Of a stretch of 61,213 nt of DNA, positions 9,513-17,692 are shown piece after piece. Made by a program: the position numbers and the translations under genes. Below the pieces are notes generated by a model that was not told where the DNA came from, ran no database searches, and saw nothing but the letters and a program-made list of their open reading frames with translations. Numbering within the stretch: the stretch's first letter is position 1; the number at the start of each line of letters is the position of its first letter. Where the stretch lies: positions 1 through 61,213 of the forward strand of contig JACRIL010000184.1 in assembly GCA_016235825.1 (NCBI GenBank), read 5' to 3'. This DNA comes from Planctomycetota bacterium (lineage in GTDB: Bacteria; Planctomycetota; Phycisphaerae; SM23-33).

Positions 9513-10268
9513 CTACTTGTTGCTGCCCTTGGCCGATTCCGGGCCGGGAATTTCGTCAAGGTGTTTTTCGGCAAGGTCGAGCAGCAGCCCGAAGGCCGTG
9601 GCCGTGTTCTTCACGCCGGCCCGCTCCCTTGCGACGGCCAGGGCGTCCAGCATCCGATCGTATTCAGCCCGCCGATTGATCCATGTCGCATCCCCCGTCG
9701 CCTGTTCCATGATTTTTGCGAAAAGTTTTTCTGCCCGTTCCACCTCGTCGGGCAGAAACGCGATTGAAACGATGCGGTATTCCAGGCCCTTCTCTGATAG
9801 CGGATCCAGCTCGGGCGGATTGAGCTGGCCGAGCACCACGTCGTCGAGACCGGAATACTCCTTCAGGGCCACGTCGTTTATCTCGTCGTACAAGTCGCGT
9901 AGAATCGCCAGGTCGTCCTGGCCGGCAATCGCATTATGGGCGAGCTGGATCGCCACCTGCCTGGCCCTGCTCAATTCCTGGTCGGTGTAAAGCACCATGA
10001 TCTCCGCCAGGCCCGCGTCCCTGGCCGCCCTGACGCGATGGTTGCCCGACAGGATCGTGTAGCGATCCCCGCTCTTGACCGCGAACGGAACGCTCGTCAG
10101 GCAGCCGTCGCGGCGAATGTTGTCCACAAGCCGCCTGTATTGCTCGACCCGCATGAACCGGGCATTCTTCTCCAGCAGATCGCATTGATCCATCCGGATC
10201 GTGGCTACCCGCAGACTCGATGCAGAAAGTTTTTCATTCACTTTGCCGAGTGATTGGTTTTCCACCAT
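9513..10268 (-). CDS. ParB/Srx-like nuclease domain protein
   Basis: LLEKNARFM...YRRLVDNIRRDGCLTSVPF...YTILSGNHRVRAARDAGL is a ParB N-terminal domain. Alternative GTG start at 10241 forms a GTGA overlap with the upstream stop. Confidence 0.7.
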   Translation of the reverse strand: MVENQSLGKVNEKLSASSLRVATIRMDQCDLLEKNARFMRVEQYRRLVDNIRRDGCLTSVPFAVKSGDRYTILSGNHRVRAARDAGLAEIMVLYTDQELSRARQVAIQLAHNAIAGQDDLAILRDLYDEINDVALKEYSGLDDVVLGQLNPPELDPLSEKGLEYRIVSIAFLPDEVERAEKLFAKIMEQATGDATWINRRAEYDRMLDALAVARERAGVKNTATAFGLLLDLAEKHLDEIPGPESAKGSNK

Positions 10269-11530
10269 GCGAATCCTTCCTTCAGGGACCATTTGCCGGC
10301 CGGGCCGAGGTAATTGACCTTGCCCTCCGATCGGCTGTGGACGTCGAACAGGCCGCGATATTTCATGGAGACTGGATTGTCGGTGAAAGCTGTTGTGCCG
10401 ATCACTTTGATCCGCGTGCAGAGCCATTGCTCCAGGTCGTCCCGGACTTCCCGGCTGGCCACACAGGCCAGGATCAACTTGCTCAGTCGCCTGTGCGGAG
10501 ACGGCCTGACCGCGAAATCAGATAGCAGGTAAAGGTCGCAGGGCAGCGGACCCCGCGGCAGCGCAAAAGAAAAAGCCCCGACAATCCTGCCGGCCGAAAG
10601 GATGGCATAATTGCGGGGCGCATCGCAGACAGTAATATGCTGAGCCAGGTACATGCTGCGTATTGCGTTCATAGTCTTTGAGTCTATGCGTGCGATCTGG
10701 ATCGGCTCGACAACTTCATCCGTTCGGGGATGCCAGGGATTGCTGCTCATGGATTGCCTCGCCGTCGCCAGCCTGGGGGGCGCCGAATCGCAATACATGA
10801 AAACCGGCTTCGACAGCAGCGTCGTCTGCACCGTGGCAACGTGCTGGCCGGCCAGGGCGGGTTGTTCGGCGTCGCTGGAGATCATCCAGTGCCTAAAGCT
10901 CCGAACAGTCTTGCTGAATTGCTCAAAATCCTCGGGACTGAAGACTTGGTAACTGGGCTTGGGCCAGTCAAAGACGGCGTCGAGTTTTTTGAAAAGCCGC
11001 TCATAGCCGCCCTTGTAGGTCGGAGGAAAGCTGATGCAGACCGACTCGCGGTCGGCGCCTGTCAGAAAATCCCGGCAGTCGCCGGCGAAGTATGAGGAAA
11101 GTTTGATTCCGGCGACCGCCTTCGACACCCGCTCGACCGTCCTGGCGTGCAGCTCCGGCCAGCGGAGGCGATATTCCTCTCTCATTCGCCGGGCGTAAGC
11201 ATTGTCCCCGGAAACCTTGAGCATCTCGCCCGTCAGCAGCAGCGTGGCGATCGTGGCAGGGCCCGGCTCCAGGTAGTCTGCCAGCCAGGAGAATTCGCCG
11301 GCCTGGTCCTTAACTTTGTAGGGCACAGCCTGACTGGTCAAATGCCAGCCCAAGGCGCAAGAATAGATCGAGACGTCATTGGAATGGATCGCCCCCGCTC
11401 CGCAGCGGGCCAGAATCCGCTCGACGGTAAAGTTGCCAGAGCAGGCGACGTAGACCGGCAAACCCTTCCACTGGGCCCCGGCCGTCTCCAGAACCGCTCG
11501 CATGTATCTGTTTATGCTTCCGATGAACAT
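10238..11530 (-). CDS. Putative DNA (adenine) methyltransferase-like protein with ~150-aa C-terminal extension
   Basis: N-terminal VYVACSGNFTVE (SAM-binding-like) and SFPPTYKGGYERLF (degenerate DPPY-like motif). The C-terminal third (LSAGRIVGAFSF...LYLLSDFAV) is of unknown fold. Assignment is tentative. Confidence 0.4.
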   Translation of the reverse strand: MFIGSINRYMRAVLETAGAQWKGLPVYVACSGNFTVERILARCGAGAIHSNDVSIYSCALGWHLTSQAVPYKVKDQAGEFSWLADYLEPGPATIATLLLTGEMLKVSGDNAYARRMREEYRLRWPELHARTVERVSKAVAGIKLSSYFAGDCRDFLTGADRESVCISFPPTYKGGYERLFKKLDAVFDWPKPSYQVFSPEDFEQFSKTVRSFRHWMISSDAEQPALAGQHVATVQTTLLSKPVFMYCDSAPPRLATARQSMSSNPWHPRTDEVVEPIQIARIDSKTMNAIRSMYLAQHITVCDAPRNYAILSAGRIVGAFSFALPRGPLPCDLYLLSDFAVRPSPHRRLSKLILACVASREVRDDLEQWLCTRIKVIGTTAFTDNPVSMKYRGLFDVHSRSEGKVNYLGPAGKWSLKEGFAWWKTNHSAK

Positions 11531-11726
11531 TTTTTCCCTGCCTGATTTTTTGAGCCTTGCCGAAGCTAAATGCTAAAAAGCGCCGCCCTGGCAGCGAGCC
11601 AGATCCTCCGGCCTGGTGGGCCGGCGTGCGCAAAAAACACCTGCGGCGCGGTACATCTCCAGTATCCACCCACTGTCAAGTTTTTTCAGGGATTTTCAGG
11701 GAAGCAATCGGGCGATATGGCGCGAT

Positions 11727-12167
11727 TCAGAAAAGCTTCGGCGGGGCGCGTCTGCGGGAACCATCGTCCTTGCCTGAAGCCGGCGTGGATAGGTGCATCA
11801 CCTGTACCTTCCAGAGCCTAGCCAGACGTTCGGCCAGCACCTTGCGATGGCAGACTTCCACATCCCGGCAGCCGCACATCAGCACGATCGACCTGCCATT
11901 GCGGACAAGCCCCTCAATGGCCATCCGACCGGTCGCAAAATCCACGATCTCGATCTGCTCGAATGTGCCCTTGTAGTTGCGGTTCCCGAAATCCTTCAGC
12001 CAGAGATATCGCTCGCCAAGGAGTTTCTGGAGCGGACCGGCATTGAAAAAACTCATCCGGCTGCGCGGCGCCATCCTGACATCGACCAGGATGGCGTCGA
12101 GTTTTTCCAGCATCGCCTGAATCTCTTCAACCTTCCAGCCGCTGTAACCCAGTGTGTAAATGTTCAT
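11727..12167 (-). CDS. DUF488 family protein
   Basis: MNIYTLGYSGW...LVDVR...LVRNGRSIVLMCGCRDVEVCHR matches the DUF488 pattern. ATGA overlap with the upstream gene. Confidence 0.65.
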   Translation of the reverse strand: MNIYTLGYSGWKVEEIQAMLEKLDAILVDVRMAPRSRMSFFNAGPLQKLLGERYLWLKDFGNRNYKGTFEQIEIVDFATGRMAIEGLVRNGRSIVLMCGCRDVEVCHRKVLAERLARLWKVQVMHLSTPASGKDDGSRRRAPPKLF

Positions 12168-12676
12168 TGCACGTCTCCTGTCTTTAAAGGTTTTTCCGAA
12201 TCGGTCAGTTCGCAGGCAGCTCCAGCATCCATCTCGGCTATCCGCCGGGCAGCCAGCCGGGCATGTTCTCGCAATGGATAATTCTCCGAGGTCAGACGCA
12301 GCGGCAGCAAATATTCGCCCACAGCCGCCAGTTCGTCGGACGCCTCGGAATCACCCTGGCCTGCCGCCGGCAGGCCGTACTGGCGGTAGAGCCCGGTTAG
12401 TCTGTTGATCTCCCTCTGCACGTCCAGGGCCTTGGCCTCGTTCTGCGTGCGGATGCACCGGCTGTAGAGGTCATTGAGCCGAGTCAGGGCCGTGCCCAAA
12501 AGCTCGTCGCGGTTGTACTCCGCCGCCAGCGTCAGACGCTTGCGGGCCTCGGCGATGACAGACCCGACCTGCGAGGGGTCCACATCCAGCTTGGCGATAC
12601 AGGCCGTCTCAAGATCGGCGCCCGCCAATCCGCTGACCATCCAGAGAAGGACACGTTCTATCGTCGAATCATTCAT
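12164..12676 (-). CDS. Hypothetical helical protein (possible DNA-binding / small terminase-like)
   Basis: 170 aa from the ATG at 12676 (GTG at 12682 also possible). Helical, with an acidic C-terminal part. No diagnostic motif. Confidence 0.35.
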   Translation of the reverse strand: MNDSTIERVLLWMVSGLAGADLETACIAKLDVDPSQVGSVIAEARKRLTLAAEYNRDELLGTALTRLNDLYSRCIRTQNEAKALDVQREINRLTGLYRQYGLPAAGQGDSEASDELAAVGEYLLPLRLTSENYPLREHARLAARRIAEMDAGAACELTDSEKPLKTGDVQ

Positions 12677-12686
12677 GGCCACACTT

Positions 12687-12833
12687 CTATCCTAAAGCCA
12701 CTGTCAAGGCCTGAATCAGCCCGCGGAAGCTGATTTGCCCATCCTGCTCCGTGGACTTGATGATCTCCTGGAGTTTGCTGGCGTCGGGCTTGATGCCATC
12801 AAACAAGTCGAATTGTTTTCTTGTCGTGGTCAT
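12687..12833 (-). CDS. 48-aa microprotein homologous to the C-terminal lid segment of the RFC-like ATPase
   Basis: My own translation: MTTTRKQFDLFDGIKPDASKLQEIIKSTEQDGQISFRGLIQALTVALG. The ATG overlaps the ligase stop (ATGA). STEQDGQISFRGLIQALTVALG aligns with ATENGRLSFRRAVQLLATELG of ORF 14176..14532. Confidence 0.3.
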   Translation of the reverse strand: MTTTRKQFDLFDGIKPDASKLQEIIKSTEQDGQISFRGLIQALTVALG

Positions 12834-13945
12834 GCGGCACCGCCTTCCCGGGCCGATTCCTCCTCGTCCTCGCCGCCGGCCCTGTACTTCAGTTGGCCGA
12901 TGATACAGGCCCGGGGATCGATGTCGTCCCGCTGGCCCAGATAGACGGGCTGGAACAGGCTGCCGCCCGGATAGGCATAGAGGTAACGAACCTCCACGAC
13001 GCTCCCGGACTGGGGGATCTGCTGGCTTGGCGGGATGGTCACGTTTCCGACCGCGATGCGTTCGCCGCCTTCCAGCAGTTCCAGGGCGACGCTGCGCTTT
13101 GTGCCGTTGGCCTTGGCCACAATGCAGGAGGCCGTGGCGGTGAACTTCAATTTAAGCTGGTCGCCGCCGCTGGAGGGCCGGCCCGGTGTATACTGTGCGG
13201 AGAATCGTTTGAACACGACGCCTTCACGATTGTCGCCGCGGCACTGGGCCAGTTTCGACCGTTTCGAGGCAGCGTCTTTGGCCGTATCCGCTAACCGAAT
13301 GACGCAGACGGACTGGGATACCAGGTCGCCCAGAGCCGCCAATCGCAGGTTGTAAGGCTCCGCCCGCAAGTCCATGCCGCCGCGCTCCAGCAGGTCGAAG
13401 GCGATGTAGATATCTCCGATGGCCTCTCCGTCCATCAGCCACTGCCGGTCGCTGATGGCTAATGCCTGCTCGGCGATGGGCTGCGGCAAGGCAACCGCCA
13501 AACCCTTGCGGTTGATGCCGACTACCTGCCCGCCGTCTTTGCGAATCAGGATGCGCTTGCCGTCGAACTTCTCCTGCATCCACCAGCCGTCATCGGATAC
13601 CAATTGCTCCGCCTGGCCCTGGTCGATGGAGTTGAGAAGCTGCGGAAAGACGCCCGTGACGGCATCTTCCCGCTTCGTGCCCTGGTACGGCGCGCCGTCG
13701 GCGCCCGGCGCGTAGCCCTTGGCCATCTTCTCCCGCACCAGCTTGTCGTAGACCTTGACGGCGGCCTGATAATCCACGGGAATGGCGGTTTTTGTGCCGG
13801 TCTGAAGCGTGCTGCCCCGCCGGCCAAAGGCGAAGTTGACGACAAAGCCAGCCTCCTTGGGCTGGACGCCGGCCTGATAAACCTTGTCGGAGCCGCCGTC
13901 ACGAAAGTACAGGGTAATGCTCTTGTTTTGCGTATCTGTTGACAT
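12830..13945 (-). CDS. WGR domain - ATP-dependent DNA ligase fusion
   Basis: N-terminal WGR (GSDKVYQAGV...FAFGRRGSTLQTGTK...KMAKGY). Ligase motif I at MQEKFDGKR, then EGVVFKR and LKLKF motifs. Confidence 0.8.
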   Translation of the reverse strand: MSTDTQNKSITLYFRDGGSDKVYQAGVQPKEAGFVVNFAFGRRGSTLQTGTKTAIPVDYQAAVKVYDKLVREKMAKGYAPGADGAPYQGTKREDAVTGVFPQLLNSIDQGQAEQLVSDDGWWMQEKFDGKRILIRKDGGQVVGINRKGLAVALPQPIAEQALAISDRQWLMDGEAIGDIYIAFDLLERGGMDLRAEPYNLRLAALGDLVSQSVCVIRLADTAKDAASKRSKLAQCRGDNREGVVFKRFSAQYTPGRPSSGGDQLKLKFTATASCIVAKANGTKRSVALELLEGGERIAVGNVTIPPSQQIPQSGSVVEVRYLYAYPGGSLFQPVYLGQRDDIDPRACIIGQLKYRAGGEDEEESAREGGAA

Positions 13946-14060
13946 TGGAGTAATCCTTTCTGATTGGGTTTGAGTTTGCCGCCTGCAGCAACCCTTCGGG
14001 GTCGCCTCTGGGGCTGACGAACGACAAAGCGAAATTTTTCATGCAGTTCCGGTTTCACGG

Positions 14061-14159
14061 TCAATCCTCCCCTTCGAGCATCAGATTAAGCGCCGGTTCG
14101 CCTTCATAGCCCGGCCCGCAGTGACACCAGGCGGCAACGTCGCCCAGAGCAGCACATGT
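14061..14159 (-). pseudogene. Orphan 3-prime fragment paralogous to the C-terminus of ORF 16178..16657
   Basis: VAAWCHCGPGYEGEPALNLMLEGED versus VKLWALIGPGDEGEAVLTLMLENED. No usable start codon. Upstream in the same frame it overlaps the RFC-like gene. Confidence 0.3.
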
Positions 14160-14175
14160 TCGATCGTCTGGTCGT

Positions 14176-15003
14176 TCACGGCCTGATCTCCTTACCCAGT
14201 TCGGTTGCCAGCAGCTGGACCGCCCGGCGGAAGCTGAGCCTGCCATTCTCCGTCGCCTTGTCCACAAGGTGGCTGAAGGATGACGGAGCTACGGTCTTGC
14301 CCGTCTCCCTCTTCCAGATCGCTGATAAAAGTTTTCGGGCGGCGCGGGCCAGTTTTCCGGAATCGCTCTCAAAATCCAGCCTCATGCAGCGGTCCCGAAA
14401 TCGGGGCGAAAGTTTTTCGGGCATGTTTGTGGTGAACACGAACACCGTCTTGGGCGGCAGTTGCTCCAGCCTGTCAAGCCAGACCGTCTCGGCCGCCGCG
14501 TGCATCCGGTCGGCCTCGTTGACGATCACCACCTTCCACCCGCTGCCGGAGAATGGTTAGCGGAACATGAGCTCATACATGCCCCGGACCGCGTCGGCCG
14601 TCTGCTCGCCGCTGGCTATCACATGCAGCCCCCCGAACTCCGGGGGTTTTTGGGACAGGTCGCACCCCAGCCCGGCCGCCAGCGCCATGGCGGCTGAGGT
14701 CTTTCCCGTGCCCGTGTCGCCCTCGAACATAAAGGCCGCCGGGTAGGGTTCGGCCAAAAATTTACGAAGCGATTCCACCACGCTCTCCTGCCCCCTGATC
14801 GCCTCAAGGCTCAGTGGTCTGTACCTTTCAGTAAGCGGACCGGAGCCGCGCGGCGCCGGACCCGGCTTGCATCCATTTGGATATATCAGCGACCAGAGCC
14901 GCTGCCAGCTCATGCCGACCTCGCGGGCGAGCTCGCCAACGCTCTCGCCCGCGGACCGGCGCCGACGCATTTTTTCCAGCATGATCTCATTCAAGGCCGT
15001 CAT
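14176..15003 (-). pseudogene. RFC/clamp-loader-like AAA+ ATPase with N-terminal HTH, interrupted by one in-frame TAA (14557-14559)
   Basis: TERYRPLSLEAIRGQ, Walker A GDTGTGKTS, then TAA, then Walker B VVIVNEAD, sensor-1 FVFTTN and an SRC-like FRDRC. ORFs 14557..15039 and 14176..14532 are in the same frame, separated by 8 sense codons. Confidence 0.65.
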
Positions 15004-15114
15004 GACGCACCTCCTGCGCCATGCCGTGCGCCGCTGCAAAAAAATCGTGTTTCACTTCTTCTATTTTCCACCATTGTCAATACCTTTCAGTTATTGGGGT
15101 TTTTGAGAAATAAG

Positions 15115-15285
15115 TCAGAGTACTTCGTACATGTCCCGCTCGACCTGACGCAGTTCACGGGTCATCTGTTCGGCTGAGACCTCGGACTCTCTGGCGTCAT
15201 CAAAATCGAGCACTTTTACGTCCTCATCGGGTGCGTCGGAATAGACCGACTGAACTACTCCACCGCTAACTATGACCACGATCAT
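15115..15285 (-). CDS. 56-aa hypothetical protein
   Basis: My own translation: MIVVIVSGGVVQSVYSDAPDEDVKVLDFDDARESEVSAEQMTRELRQVERDMYEVL. GGAG lies 7 nt upstream. Not in the ORF track because it is under 60 aa. Confidence 0.4.
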   Translation of the reverse strand: MIVVIVSGGVVQSVYSDAPDEDVKVLDFDDARESEVSAEQMTRELRQVERDMYEVL

Positions 15286-15697
15286 TGTTCGCTCCTTTCA
15301 CTTTTTTGGTTCCTTTGAGTTCACCCGCACAACGCCGGCCTCTCAAGGCCGGCGGTTGGGCCATAGCTATGGCGTCGCGCAACTGGCAAGGCGTGCACAG
15401 GCCGCAATGATCGTGGCAGTTGACTATCATGTATTCCTGCGCCGCCTCCTTGCACGCTGCCAGCAGCACCGGCGCCGCGGCCAGGACATATGCGTCGGCC
15501 AGCAAGGTCTCGTCATCGCCCATCGACCCGCCTGACTGGTCGGTGGCGTCCAGCACGGCCACAACATCGCCGTCGGCATCCACGATCTGGAGGTAATGTG
15601 GCCGTGAAGTACGCTGTATCCGCCACGGCCCCTTGCTGTGCCGGGGCTGGGGGTTCAAATCGTTCCCAAGGCCCTTATGTTTTCTGCGTTTTTTCAT
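15266..15697 (-). CDS. Hypothetical phage protein
   Basis: 143 aa from the internal ATG at 15697. SKGPWRIQ...VVAVLDA...LLADAYVLAAAPVLLAACKEA resembles a recurrent phage small-protein pattern of unknown function. Confidence 0.45.
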   Translation of the reverse strand: MKKRRKHKGLGNDLNPQPRHSKGPWRIQRTSRPHYLQIVDADGDVVAVLDATDQSGGSMGDDETLLADAYVLAAAPVLLAACKEAAQEYMIVNCHDHCGLCTPCQLRDAIAMAQPPALRGRRCAGELKGTKKVKGANNDRGHS

Positions 15698-15914
15698 GTT
15701 GAACCTCGACTTTCGTATCTCCGATGATTTCGTGGTGGCTGAACAGGACTTCGTGGCACTCTTTCCCGCGTAGGCCGCACTTGCAGGTCCACGGCCAGTA
15801 GAGGCAGTCGTCGTCGAAGTCATGTATGCCGAGATATTCCACGTATTCGCCACAGCCCGGGCAGATCGCGGCGCCATGTTTGGAGGGAGGATCGATTTCC
15901 TTTATTTCGTTCAT
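15675..15914 (-). CDS. Small zinc-ribbon protein
   Basis: 79 aa with CPGC...C...CKC...C cysteines. ATGA overlap with the upstream gene. Confidence 0.5.
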   Translation of the reverse strand: MNEIKEIDPPSKHGAAICPGCGEYVEYLGIHDFDDDCLYWPWTCKCGLRGKECHEVLFSHHEIIGDTKVEVQHEKTQKT

Positions 15915-16174
15915 GGTTCACCTGCCTTTTCGTCGTGCAACTCCCAGTCGAAATGGTCTCGGCCTATGCTGTCGGCGGACTCAAAGTCGAGTCCGGCCCG
16001 ATACGCCCAGTGCCGCAGGTCCGTCAGCAGATCGACCATGGCTTCCTGTGGGTGCTCGCTCTCAAAGTCCCAGATGTCCGTGCCATTATTTATCTTGGCC
16101 ATGGCGTAAGCCTTTACAGCCTCTGATGCGCACTTCGCCCGCTCGCTGTTGAATAACTCGTTTATGTTTTTCAT
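15911..16174 (-). CDS. Hypothetical acidic protein
   Basis: 87-aa ORF, tightly packed (4 nt after the upstream stop). Confidence 0.45.
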   Translation of the reverse strand: MKNINELFNSERAKCASEAVKAYAMAKINNGTDIWDFESEHPQEAMVDLLTDLRHWAYRAGLDFESADSIGRDHFDWELHDEKAGEP

Positions 16175-16177
16175 GGT

Positions 16178-16657
16178 TCAATCCTCGTTTTCTAACATCA
16201 AGGTAAGAACTGCTTCGCCCTCGTCGCCCGGTCCGATCAACGCCCACAGTTTGACCGGACTGCCGTCGAGGCCCTTTATCTCAAAGTAAACCCGGTCAGT
16301 CTGTTTGTCCTTTGACAAGGCCTCACGGAACGCGGCCAGGACGATGCTGAATCGGCTCAACTGGTTAAAAGGGTCTTTGCGGTTCTGCTCGCCCGCGACG
16401 GTCTTCGCAAACGACGCGGACGTCATCACCGTATGGGCGATTATCCCGAGCATTTCCAGAACCCGCTGCCATGGATGGTCGGTCATGTCAACAAGCACGC
16501 CATCTTCAATCGCCTGTTTTCGCGTATATGAAAAAATCACCGGGCCCTGCGGCTGGTCCTTCAGCAAGTCTTCCTCGCTAAAACCCGTCTTCTTCAAAGC
16601 TTCCCAGGTTTCGAGATCGAGCAGCTTGCCCGATTTGATAGGTTTGGGGTTATACAT
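16178..16657 (-). CDS. Conserved phage/plasmid-type hypothetical protein ending GPGDEGEAVLTLMLENED
   Basis: 159 aa from the ATG at 16657, with an 8-nt overlap with the upstream gene. AIEDGVLVDMT and the C-terminal GPGD.GE...LML..ED are reminiscent of a mobile-element family that I cannot name with confidence. Confidence 0.45.
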   Translation of the reverse strand: MYNPKPIKSGKLLDLETWEALKKTGFSEEDLLKDQPQGPVIFSYTRKQAIEDGVLVDMTDHPWQRVLEMLGIIAHTVMTSASFAKTVAGEQNRKDPFNQLSRFSIVLAAFREALSKDKQTDRVYFEIKGLDGSPVKLWALIGPGDEGEAVLTLMLENED

Positions 16658-17690
16658 GCAGCACCTCTCCTTCCTGCCGGCTGGCGGAGGTTTTGAGCCA
16701 GTTCTCCGCCGCCGTGCGATTTGTGATATTCGATTCCGCCAGATAGTCGATTCCGGACCTGTCCTGTGCCGGGAGCGTCTCGCAGACGCCCATGCTCTCA
16801 TCCAGTTTGCCCGGGACGTGCCGGGCCAGGCCGTACAGGGCGACAAGACGAGCATATGCGATCTCCGCCAGTGCGACCGCGACGCTGCCGAGGTCCAATG
16901 GCATGTCCGCCCGTTTGATGACGTAGCGGCTGACCACCATCCTGCTCATTGAACTCATCTTTCCGATGGTCCAGAAGGCGACGATTTCGACGTTGACGCC
17001 TCGCTGGGTGAGGATGTCGGCCAAGGCAGCGGCCGCAGCACCGCGCCACAGCAGGTCTTCGGCCCGCTGGCGGCAGTGGACAGTCAGATTCACGCCGATC
17101 GTCACAGACCGCCGGGGCTGCGCCTCCCGCGTCATGCGGTCCCATGGCGTAAAGCTGCGGGTCAGAACTTTTTCTGCCTCCAGCTCGTCGCCCCATTCCT
17201 GATTGCGGCGGATACGCCTGCGGCTGGCCACTGGCGGATTGGCTTCATCCATCAGCGACTGCCGCATCTCGTCCACCGCATCCATCAGGTGCTTTGGGGG
17301 ATTCTGCACCGCGTCCAGCAGTTTCTTGCGGGTATAACGGTTAGCCCATGAATCGCGGCCGGTCGTATGGCGGTCGAGGCTCTGGGCGATCAGCTTGCGG
17401 TTGCCCTCGTTCTGGGCGTAATCGGCCATCGCATCGACCACGGATTGACCTATCGAATCAAAGGTGATTCGGTCAATCCCATCGGAGTCACGGACAATCG
17501 CGTTGCCAGTCTTCTGCTGGCGATCTTCATCCTTCGGTTGGCTCTCATCTTTGGGCTGATTCTGCTTGCGGTCATTCAGCAAACCCCACAGCCGCTGCCA
17601 TGGAATCCCCGCCTCTTTGGCCAGCGAGGTAACTTTTTCGCCGGCCATGTAGCGGACAAAAAGCTTCTGGAAAAGGTCATTGTCCATCAT
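16650..17690 (-). CDS. HTH-containing partner of the AAA+ ATPase (CobT/VWA-like by context only)
   Basis: 346 aa from the ATG at 17690. The N-terminal HTH module (LAKEAGIPWQRLWGLL) is followed by a Lys/Asp/Gln-rich linker. The C-terminal alpha/beta region (SVTIGVNLTVH...VNVEIVAFW) has no visible MIDAS motif. Confidence 0.35.
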   Translation of the reverse strand: MMDNDLFQKLFVRYMAGEKVTSLAKEAGIPWQRLWGLLNDRKQNQPKDESQPKDEDRQQKTGNAIVRDSDGIDRITFDSIGQSVVDAMADYAQNEGNRKLIAQSLDRHTTGRDSWANRYTRKKLLDAVQNPPKHLMDAVDEMRQSLMDEANPPVASRRRIRRNQEWGDELEAEKVLTRSFTPWDRMTREAQPRRSVTIGVNLTVHCRQRAEDLLWRGAAAAALADILTQRGVNVEIVAFWTIGKMSSMSRMVVSRYVIKRADMPLDLGSVAVALAEIAYARLVALYGLARHVPGKLDESMGVCETLPAQDRSGIDYLAESNITNRTAAENWLKTSASRQEGEVLHV

Positions 17691-17692
17691 GG

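Noticed and set aside
11683-11702. Tandem TTTTCAGGGA x2 and the CCGGCC-TGGT-GGGCCGG hairpin in the 11531-11726 gap as a regulatory element
   Set aside because: It is too short and isolated to support any call. There is no promoter-like or terminator-like context.
14061-14267. The 68-aa ORF as a complete gene
   Set aside because: Its first ~36 codons overlap the 3-prime end of the RFC-like gene in another frame and are Arg-rich nonsense-like. Only the last ~32 codons show homology, to ORF 16178..16657, so it is treated as a relic fragment.
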